From an uncultured virus (IMG/VR IMGVR_UViG_2645728028_000003) (taxonomy: Duplodnaviria; Heunggongvirae; Uroviricota; Caudoviricetes): a stretch of 20,000 nt of DNA. Location: IMG/VR virus record IMGVR_UViG_2645728028_000003, positions 56,071 through 76,070 of that record; one strand, 5' to 3'. The position numbers and the translations under genes are program-made. This document shows, piece by piece, positions 1 through 5,797 of this stretch (within the stretch, counting starts at the first letter, position 1; each line of letters starts with the position of its first letter). Below the pieces are notes generated by a model. It had not been told where the DNA came from. It saw nothing but the letters and a program-made list of their open reading frames with translations, and made no database searches.

Positions 1-201
1 CTCTTTTTTGGGTTGCATCCTTTTCGCTAGGGTTGCAACCTTTTGCTTATTGGTTGCATCCTTTTTTGTTGGATCCCTTGACCATCCTTCACGGCTTTTT
101 CTGCTTTTTAGAGTTCCGATTTTCACATCGTATTTTTCAGCAAGTGCCTTTAATGTGATCTTGGAAGTCTCAAATTCTCTTCTAATTACATCCCAGTTCA
201 T
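1..201 (-). CDS. terS: Terminase small subunit, N-terminal HTH region (partial, runs off window; not in ORF track)
   Basis: Manual translation MNWDVIRREFETSKITLKALAEKYDVKIGTLKSRKSREGWSRDPTKKDATNKQKVATLAKRMQPKKE; 'LAEKY..GTLKSRKSREGW' is typical of Firmicutes TerS; RBS AGGAGGT at 214-220; first conserved gene after the late activator. Confidence 0.8.
   Translation of the reverse strand, partial: MNWDVIRREFETSKITLKALAEKYDVKIGTLKSRKSREGWSRDPTKKDATNKQKVATLAKRMQPKKE
11..65. repeat. Three GGTTGCA(T/A)CCTTTT direct repeats inside terS (candidate pac/TerS-binding boxes)
   Basis: Copies at 11-24, 31-44, 52-65; 20-21 bp period. Confidence 0.7.
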
Positions 202-231
202 TACATGGCACCTACCTCCTGTCTTTTTTCA

Positions 232-258
232 AAAGAAAATAGCACCCCGAAGGATGCC
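232..258 (-). terminator. Intrinsic terminator after the DUF3908-like moron
   Basis: Minus strand GGCATCC-TTCG-GGGTGCT (UUCG tetraloop) followed by ATTTTCTTTT. Confidence 0.75.
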
Positions 259-260
259 TT

Positions 261-689
261 TTATTGTAATATAAATTTGAAAATTGTTTTGATAGCTTCA
301 ACATAACTTGAATACCAGTTTTTAGATGATGCATCCTTTTTGCTATCAAACTCTAATATCTCACCATTTTCCAATGTTAACTTCAAATTTGCGGGACTAT
401 CTTGATAAAATGGATGAGAAAATTCCACATCAACAATTTTTTGCTTATGAACTCTAAATTCTACATTTCTTCCTTGTATTTTAACTTCAACAATCTTATT
501 TTCCTGAAAGAAATATAATAGTTTTTCTCCATCTACAAATAAATTCTTCCCGTAAAAAAAACCAACCTTTTCAGGATTTACATATTCTCCAAGGATGCCA
601 CTAAGGTTCTTTATTAACTCGTGGCCTAATGGAATCTGTCTTTTTTTCAGATCTTCTAAAAAATCATTATAAGTATAAATTTCACTCAA
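261..689 (-). CDS. Moron protein, DUF3908-like
   Basis: ~142 aa; FFYGKNLFVDG..LYFF..NKI motif resembles DUF3908 as recalled; TTG at 689 is 9 nt from AAGGAG, whereas ATG at 698 abuts the RBS; AT-rich. Confidence 0.6.
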   Translation of the reverse strand: MSEIYTYNDFLEDLKKRQIPLGHELIKNLSGILGEYVNPEKVGFFYGKNLFVDGEKLLYFFQENKIVEVKIQGRNVEFRVHKQKIVDVEFSHPFYQDSPANLKLTLENGEILEFDSKKDASSKNWYSSYVEAIKTIFKFILQ

Positions 690-713
690 TTTGCTCATCT
701 CCTTTTCGACTTA

Positions 714-741
714 ATTCGCCAAAAAGAAAATATTCTCCTGC
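714..741 (-). promoter_or_regulatory. Sigma-H-type promoter for the moron
   Basis: GCAGGAGAA-N12-GGCGAAT versus B. subtilis sigH consensus RNAGGAWWW-N11/12-RNNGAAT. Confidence 0.6.
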
Positions 742-819
742 AAGAAATTCACCGCAAGGTGGATCATCGAACAAAAATAGAGGAAGGAGCTTGTTAACCG
801 TCTCCCCGTACTGCCTTCC

Positions 820-904
820 ATTTTACACAGCTTTTTTTTCCAATTTCAAAAGATGCACAAACTGGCTTTTTTGGCTCAATTGGTTCAAAATGGCTTCCTT
901 GGCT
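820..904 (-). promoter_or_regulatory. Putative late promoter with upstream activator-binding repeats
   Basis: TTGAAA(849-844)-N18-TAAAAT(825-820); five TGG(C/T)T repeats at 863, 872, 881, 891, 900. Confidence 0.45.
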
Positions 905-1293
905 TTTTTGACGTGATTTCTGGATATTCCAATATGATAAGAGATTTCCCTGAAGGACATACCATCTATGATGCAATCATAAATAACTCGATCTCTTTCA
1001 TCTTCCAATAACTCTGCTGCATATTCGATAGCATATACACGCACTTCCAACCTTTCCAAACGTTTATGCAATCGCTCTTCTCTTATATCCAGGCTTCGTA
1101 ATTCCATCTGGCTTTTACCTGAACTACCCTTTGGCATTGCTGCTTCTATCCCATATTGAGCAACACCCCAGCTTTTCATCGGTGCAGGCCGGCCATATAA
1201 ATATTTTTGGAGGCGAACTACTTCTTTTTTCATCCAGTGGTAATCCCTTAACACAGTTTCGATTTGATCAATAATGCTGGCAGCTTCTTTCAT
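823..1293 (-). CDS. Late transcriptional activator, ArpU/RinA-like with sigma-70 region 4-type HTH
   Basis: C-terminal 'DGMSFREISYHIGISRNHV' HTH; 'AQYGIEAAMPK' motif; position before terS; start MKEAAS at 1293 after AAAGGAG. Confidence 0.8.
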   Translation of the reverse strand: MKEAASIIDQIETVLRDYHWMKKEVVRLQKYLYGRPAPMKSWGVAQYGIEAAMPKGSSGKSQMELRSLDIREERLHKRLERLEVRVYAIEYAAELLEDERDRVIYDCIIDGMSFREISYHIGISRNHVKKAKEAILNQLSQKSQFVHLLKLEKKAV

Positions 1294-1317
1294 AGAAAAC
1301 ACTCCTTTATTAAAATC

Positions 1318-1375
1318 AAAAAGACACCAAACAAACGCAAATGCGTTCATTCAGTGTCCTCCAGTTGGCTGGTAG
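1318..1375 (-). terminator. Two-hairpin element/terminator upstream of the late activator
   Basis: Minus strand CCAG-CCAA-CTGG hairpin, then 16-bp stem GACACTGAATGAACGC-ATTT-GCGTTTGTTTGGTGTC (four G-U pairs) + TTTTT. Confidence 0.75.
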
Positions 1376-1383
1376 AGCAAAAC

Positions 1384-1923
1384 TTATGACATGGAAAAAT
1401 TAATAAACTTGAACAAGCTTTTAATAGTTGAGATATTAGAATTAATGGGGGCTTCTAAGTTAATTGACTCAAATGGTATTTTTAAATCCCTAGCTATTTC
1501 CGATGAATATTCCTTTTCTAATTTTTGAAACTCATATAAAAAGTCTTTATCGTATCGTTTACCGTCCCTTTTATAAAGGTTTTGTTGAATTGTTTCTAAA
1601 GAATTTATTAACATAACAACTGCTGATGGTTTAAGGTATTGAAATGTGGACTTTGGTATTCTCTCAATTTCATTCCTTGTATTCATTAAACAAAAGTGAC
1701 CATCTAATAAGAACATATTTTTCTCATCAAGTTCGTTTAAGGCTGCAATTAAATAATTTGTATTTTCATCAGATTTTTGAACAGCTTTATCGACAGTAAA
1801 TGATTTCTGTTTTTTTGTTGAAATAAGTTCACTTGCCGAATAATGAGGAATATTTAAATTTGATTTAACTTGATCACAGAAATAACTCTTTCCAACACCA
1901 TGTATTCCACCCACAAAAATCAT
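1384..1923 (-). CDS. P-loop NMP-kinase-like protein (AAA_17/adenylate-kinase-like)
   Basis: N-terminal Walker A GGIHGVGKS; LLDGH strand; 179 aa; GGGGG RBS. Confidence 0.8.
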   Translation of the reverse strand: MIFVGGIHGVGKSYFCDQVKSNLNIPHYSASELISTKKQKSFTVDKAVQKSDENTNYLIAALNELDEKNMFLLDGHFCLMNTRNEIERIPKSTFQYLKPSAVVMLINSLETIQQNLYKRDGKRYDKDFLYEFQKLEKEYSSEIARDLKIPFESINLEAPINSNISTIKSLFKFINFSMS

Positions 1924-1963
1924 TTGTTACCCCCTAGACAAATGTGTAAAAATAATAGCACTT

Positions 1964-2338
1964 CTAGTCTATATAACAGAAAGATTGAGGTGCCCTAAAA
2001 TTGGACATCAACTCTTTTGGTAATATAGGCTCATCATATTTTTTTGCTTCTTTAATTTTTATTGCATAACCAGTCTCTTTATTGTGAAAATATTCCTTAA
2101 AGAAATCATAAGAAATACCAGAGAACATCTTTGTTTCTTTCCAAAGCTCCTCTATCTCTTCATTAATAATATCTTCTATTAATAGTTCTCCTACGATTTT
2201 GCCTTCAGGCATTGTACTATAAACTACAATAGTGTCTACTTCTTTTTTCTTAAAAATACATCTGCGATATTCAAATTGTTTTTCACCATTAAATATCTTT
2301 TCCACAAATTCTGGTTTAATCGATAATAAAACTTTCAT
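1964..2338 (-). CDS. ASCH domain protein (PUA-like fold)
   Basis: LLSIKPEF..KIFNGEKQFEYRR contains the ASCH GxKxxExR motif; C-terminal PQSFCY; overlaps GNAT gene by 23 nt. Confidence 0.88.
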   Translation of the reverse strand: MKVLLSIKPEFVEKIFNGEKQFEYRRCIFKKKEVDTIVVYSTMPEGKIVGELLIEDIINEEIEELWKETKMFSGISYDFFKEYFHNKETGYAIKIKEAKKYDEPILPKELMSNFRAPQSFCYID

Positions 2339-3368
2339 TTATTCCACCTAGTTCTACGATTTTATTAAACTGACTTTTCCCTATAGAAAGTAGTCCCCAG
2401 CGATCATTCCTATTCAAGCCACAATCATCCGCTAATGTTCTTCTAATTAATTTCTTTTCCATTGCTAAATTATAAGTCATTTTCAACACGAATAGATTGT
2501 TTTTTATAAATAGACTTCTTAATTCACTTTCTGTAAAAACACTATGTTTCTTACAGTAATCATAATACTCGTCAAAGTTTAAAAAGTCACTCTTTGTTTT
2601 AACCTCGTCTAGAACACAGATAGATGTTGCAACAGATCTATATTCTGCCGGTCCTTGATTGTCAGACATCCTGTAAATAACAATCCCATCACCTGGTTCT
2701 AATGACCTTGCCTGAGGCATAAAACATATATATACTTTATGAATGCTATTTGTATGAGAAACATCTTGAATTAAATCAAAACTTTCATTAGTTAATATTG
2801 AATCAGGAAATAATAGAGTATGGTATTCTGGCTTGATCCCTAACAAATAAGTCTTGTTATTCTTTATATTAACTAATGGATAGTCAAGTAATGGATCTCC
2901 TTTAATTATATCCAAGCTTTTGAAATATACGTTTTCTGTACCATTTTCTGTGTGTTTTACTGCATCACAAGTAAAACCATATTTCTCCAATAACTTAATT
3001 AGAATCTCGTGTTTTGGAAAAACAGTAACATACAACTCTTTAATACTGTTTACCACAGCATAGTCAATAGCTTTTTTTATAAATCTTTCACCTAGTTTTG
3101 TCCCACGAGAGTTAATTTTTAAAGTTCCAATTTTAATTCTTTCCTTTTCTGGGTGCCTAGGCTCTATATTATTTAACTCTTCGTTCTCTATTTTAAGATA
3201 CAAAAAAGCCTGTATACCATGCTCATTTTCATAGTAATAAGCTTTATTATTTTGTTTTTTTATAAACCATGCTTCAAATTCTTTATAATCTGATTTTAAA
3301 GAATCGAAGAAAGGATCATCTAGGTTAATGTTTTTAAAAAAATCATACTTCAGAAAAGTTTTATCCAT
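2316..3368 (-). CDS. GNAT acetyltransferase fused to a C-terminal ASCH/EVE(PUA)-like domain
   Basis: KIGTLKINSRGTKLGERFIKKA (acetyl-CoA motif A) and LYVTVF..LIKLLEKYGF (motif B); C-terminal half begins LLGIKPEY and has GDGIVIY, like ASCH. Confidence 0.82.
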   Translation of the reverse strand: MDKTFLKYDFFKNINLDDPFFDSLKSDYKEFEAWFIKKQNNKAYYYENEHGIQAFLYLKIENEELNNIEPRHPEKERIKIGTLKINSRGTKLGERFIKKAIDYAVVNSIKELYVTVFPKHEILIKLLEKYGFTCDAVKHTENGTENVYFKSLDIIKGDPLLDYPLVNIKNNKTYLLGIKPEYHTLLFPDSILTNESFDLIQDVSHTNSIHKVYICFMPQARSLEPGDGIVIYRMSDNQGPAEYRSVATSICVLDEVKTKSDFLNFDEYYDYCKKHSVFTESELRSLFIKNNLFVLKMTYNLAMEKKLIRRTLADDCGLNRNDRWGLLSIGKSQFNKIVELGGINESFIID

Positions 3369-3377
3369 AAAAATACC

Positions 3378-3438
3378 CCCACAAATAGAATTATTATCAT
3401 ATATGAATTATTTTCTATATTTGTAGGAAAATTCCTTT
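3378..3438 (-). promoter_or_regulatory. Sigma-H-like promoter and RBS-occluding inverted repeat upstream of the GNAT gene
   Basis: AAAGGAATT-N11-ATAGAAA (one mismatch to sigH -10); CCTACAAATA (3427-3418) can pair with TATTTGTGGG (3387-3378), which includes part of the RBS. Confidence 0.4.
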
Positions 3439-3439
3439 A

Positions 3440-3652
3440 TTAAAATTCCTCTCCTTCATCAAATTTAACCCTTTTTACTTTTCCCTGATGTGTAATAATC
3501 TTCGTTTCCCCGTGATCAGGCAACACAGTGAGCCGTGCCCTTCCATCACAAACCACAATAGCAAAACTTTCTTTTTGTTCCATTATATCGATTTCTAACC
3601 TGTTTGTCTTAGGGTTTATTTCAATTGTTTTGAGCCTGTCAGCTGCTTTCAT
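3440..3652 (-). CDS. XtrA/YqaO family phage protein
   Basis: 'IVVCDGRARLTVLPDHGETKIITHQGKVKRVKFDEGEEF' signature; GGGAGG RBS. Confidence 0.85.
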   Translation of the reverse strand: MKAADRLKTIEINPKTNRLEIDIMEQKESFAIVVCDGRARLTVLPDHGETKIITHQGKVKRVKFDEGEEF

Positions 3653-3711
3653 TCAGATTCCCTCCCATTTTATAATTTGATTAGGCAGGTAAGGAGAAAT
3701 ACTGGCTTTTT

Positions 3712-3891
3712 TTATTTTCCGTAACGAGCTTCTGTGCCTTTCTTGCTCCTCCATCTATAATCCGTACCTAGGTTCGCAAAAGTTGTATCGGACTTTTTCA
3801 CATTCTTTGCTGGCCGGATAGGATGCTTTTTAATATAGGCAAGGCGCTCTTCCTCTGTCATTTTCCATTCGTGCACTTTACCGATCATCAT
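3712..3891 (-). CDS. Small basic phage protein, 59 aa (not in ORF track)
   Basis: MMIGKVHEWKMTEEERLAYIKKHPIRPAKNVKKSDTTFANLGTDYRWRSKKGTEARYGK; AAGGAG 7 nt upstream. Confidence 0.75.
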   Translation of the reverse strand: MMIGKVHEWKMTEEERLAYIKKHPIRPAKNVKKSDTTFANLGTDYRWRSKKGTEARYGK

Positions 3892-4009
3892 AAATCAACT
3901 CCTTCTATCTTTTGTTTCCTTTATTTTTGAAGACCCCATAGTTACGCAATTAATATTAAAGACTTATAAATCAATGTATAATTAAAATCAAAAAGGCTGG
4001 TGTTTTGTA

Positions 4010-4219
4010 ATGGCTACTTATATGCAAATCCAAGAATATGTTAAAAAGACATATGGATATTCTGCAAAGTCTTGCTGGATAGCCCACATGAAAGAAGTTT
4101 GTGGACTAAAACCCAAAATGTCAGCAAGACGGTATTCTCCAGACTCACGAGTCCACCCCTGCCCAGAATCAAAACAAACGGACATAAAAGAAGCTTTTAA
4201 ACATTTCAATATGATTTAG
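4010..4219 (+). CDS. Moron: small Cys/His protein resembling the C-terminal extension of some Firmicutes RlmD/TrmA methyltransferases
   Basis: ATY..I..YV...G....WIAHMKEVCGL...CP..K...I.EAFKHFNMI pattern; TATAAT at 3977-3982; own terminator. Confidence 0.7.
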   Translation: MATYMQIQEYVKKTYGYSAKSCWIAHMKEVCGLKPKMSARRYSPDSRVHPCPESKQTDIKEAFKHFNMI

Positions 4220-4222
4220 ATT

Positions 4223-4257
4223 ATGATAGGAGGGGAAACTCTCCTATCATTTTGTTT
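4223..4257 (+). terminator. Intrinsic terminator
   Basis: ATGATAGGAGGG-GAAA-CTCTCCTATCAT + TTTGTTT. Confidence 0.8.
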
Positions 4258-4331
4258 CCCTAAATCTTCGAAATGTGCATTAAAAAGTTGGAAATGGTAA
4301 GATTAATTAAAATTTTTAAGGAGGATATTTT

Positions 4332-4532
4332 ATGGTTATCCAACCAAATATGTCATCTAAAGCAATTGTTGAAATTTGGGGAAATGCTAAGGATGTTTTT
4401 GTGAAATACAACGTTCCCATTTCGGAAGAAGCTTTAGCAACAACAGTTGAGACTCATATACTTGATTCTCTTCTAAAAGATTTAAACAGTATTGTTGGAA
4501 GTTCATCTGCTACTTGCATTGAAGGCGGCTGA
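4332..4532 (+). CDS. Moron: 66-aa hypothetical protein (possibly DUF1858/ScdA_N-like)
   Basis: Strong RBS TAAGGAGGA; extended -10 TGGTAAGAT at 4295-4303; C-terminal TCIEGG; own terminator. Confidence 0.7.
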   Translation: MVIQPNMSSKAIVEIWGNAKDVFVKYNVPISEEALATTVETHILDSLLKDLNSIVGSSSATCIEGG

Positions 4533-4544
4533 CAACTTCCACCC

Positions 4545-4577
4545 AAGAAGGAGTAGGTTACTCCTTTTATTTTTTTA
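4545..4577 (+). terminator. Intrinsic terminator
   Basis: AAGGAGTA-GGT-TACTCCTT followed by TTATTTTTTT. Confidence 0.75.
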
Positions 4578-4599
4578 CTGCACAACATGTGTCAAGAAT

Positions 4600-4628
4600 G
4601 CATAAAACAATTTATACTGGACAAACTA
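4600..4628 (+). promoter_or_regulatory. Sigma-G-like (forespore) promoter
   Basis: GCATA-N17-CAAACTA versus sigG consensus GHATR-N17/18-CATWHTA. Confidence 0.5.
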
Positions 4629-4634
4629 TCAGGA

Positions 4635-4693
4635 CGAGCATGGCCGAACCCCTAACCCACATCCGCTATAATTTGGTCCTTGCTCGCATTTTT
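4635..4693 (+). ncRNA. Putative small hairpin RNA/leader with C-rich loop
   Basis: CGAGCA/TGCTCG and GGCCGAA/TTTGGTC stems enclosing CCCCTAACCCACATCCGCTATAA, followed by T5. Confidence 0.35.
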
Positions 4694-4706
4694 CTGAGGT
4701 GATAAC

Positions 4707-4835
4707 ATGCTACAGTGGATTGATGAATATACTTTTACAAATGTTTATTTCGTAACAACGATTCCATTTATACTGACTTTTCTTTGGCTAATAGCATTTG
4801 CATTAACTTTAATAGCTGAGAAAAAAAGCAAATGA
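4707..4835 (+). CDS. 42-aa single-pass membrane peptide (not in ORF track)
   Basis: MLQWIDEYTFTNVYFVTTIPFILTFLWLIAFALTLIAEKKSK; RBS GAGGTG 5 nt upstream. Confidence 0.65.
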   Translation: MLQWIDEYTFTNVYFVTTIPFILTFLWLIAFALTLIAEKKSK

Positions 4836-4858
4836 AACTCGCTGCTTATTTAGATTCC

Positions 4859-5035
4859 TTAATCCTCTGGATAATTAACAATGGTTTGTGATTTCTCAAC
4901 TTTGAGCAAATAAACCTTACTTTCCCCCACATCTTCTTTTAAACCTTCTATTGCATCTTCATAATCTTTCTGTGCTTTTTCTCTTTGTTCATGAAAAATA
5001 ATATCGCCAGATGCAGTGTCGTAAACCATCCACAT
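4859..5035 (-). CDS. Hypothetical phage protein, 58 aa
   Basis: Start MWMVYD 8 nt after AAGGAGG. Confidence 0.7.
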   Translation of the reverse strand: MWMVYDTASGDIIFHEQREKAQKDYEDAIEGLKEDVGESKVYLLKVEKSQTIVNYPED

Positions 5036-5065
5036 TCCATATTCCTCCTTAATCAATTCCTTTGC

Positions 5066-5206
5066 TTATTTTGTTTTAAAGTAAAAACTCGGCTTATATC
5101 CTTTAAAAAAAGGTGTCTTCTTGGAGTGAGTATTTCCGCAGCAAGGGCACTTCTTTTCATACTCTACATTGAAAGGATAACGACACAATTCACATTGCTT
5201 TATCAA
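5066..5206 (-). CDS. Small zinc-ribbon protein, 46 aa (not in ORF track)
   Basis: TTG start after AAAGGAG; MIKQCELCRYPFNVEYEKKCPCCGNTHSKKTPFFKGYKPSFYFKTK with two CxxC motifs. Confidence 0.65.
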   Translation of the reverse strand: MIKQCELCRYPFNVEYEKKCPCCGNTHSKKTPFFKGYKPSFYFKTK

Positions 5207-5207
5207 A

Positions 5208-5480
5208 TTAGGACACTCCTTTTTCATTCCAGCCCCGGCCATCCAGCCATCTATCGATTCTTGCTACAAAGATATCCAATCCGCCGAGTATACCTTTTTG
5301 ATCAACGTGGAGAGCATATCCAGAGAAGTCTGGCCCCTGATAAGAGCAAACACCCTGGTACTTCTCATGCTTCTGAATCAGCAGCCGTTCCTTCCCTCTA
5401 AATAATTCCATCTCCTCGCCCTGTTTTAGATCGATGATTTGATCTTCCAAGGCGAAGGAGAATATGTCTAATTGTTTCAT
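5208..5480 (-). CDS. Hypothetical phage protein, 90 aa
   Basis: Start MKQLDIF after GGTGAGG; in operon context. Confidence 0.65.
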   Translation of the reverse strand: MKQLDIFSFALEDQIIDLKQGEEMELFRGKERLLIQKHEKYQGVCSYQGPDFSGYALHVDQKGILGGLDIFVARIDRWLDGRGWNEKGVS

Positions 5481-5573
5481 TTCCTCACCGTCCGGGAAAC
5501 TTATTAATTCTGATGTTCTCACTTCCACTAAAAGGTATATAATTGGAATTAACCATGTTAATGGAGGTGTGTA

Positions 5574-5744
5574 ATGGGAAGATTTTTAACAGTTTTAATA
5601 ACCCTCGGAAGTCTTATTCTCATGTACTTTTTACAGTTTATTTTTCAGTCAGAGTTTCTCTCGATGATAATTGTTTTCACGTTATTAGCTGCTATTATCA
5701 TCACTCTTCAAATAAAGATTCTAAAGTCTTTAAAAGACAAGTAG
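5574..5744 (+). CDS. Moron: 56-aa two-helix membrane protein (not in ORF track)
   Basis: MGRFLTVLITLGSLILMYFLQFIFQSEFLSMIIVFTLLAAIIITLQIKILKSLKDK; RBS GGAGGTG; TATAAT at 5538-5543. Confidence 0.7.
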   Translation: MGRFLTVLITLGSLILMYFLQFIFQSEFLSMIIVFTLLAAIIITLQIKILKSLKDK

Positions 5745-5797
5745 ACATCTCTTCCTTTTTGAAGAGATTTTTTTATGAAACATAATACAAAATCTGT

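Noticed and set aside
8..274. 88-aa plus-strand ORF
   Set aside because: Antisense shadow of terS; no RBS
629..976. ORFs 629-916(+) and 794-976(-)
   Set aside because: Overlap better-supported genes; no RBS or motifs
3941..4595. Possible shared cassette-boundary motif (GTTACGCAAT at 3941, CGAAATGTGCA at 4269, CTGCACAACATGTGTCAA at 4578) suggesting an integron-like array
   Set aside because: Copies are too dissimilar to define a repeat from this window alone
4985..5401. 138-aa plus-strand ORF
   Set aside because: Antisense to three RBS-supported minus-strand genes
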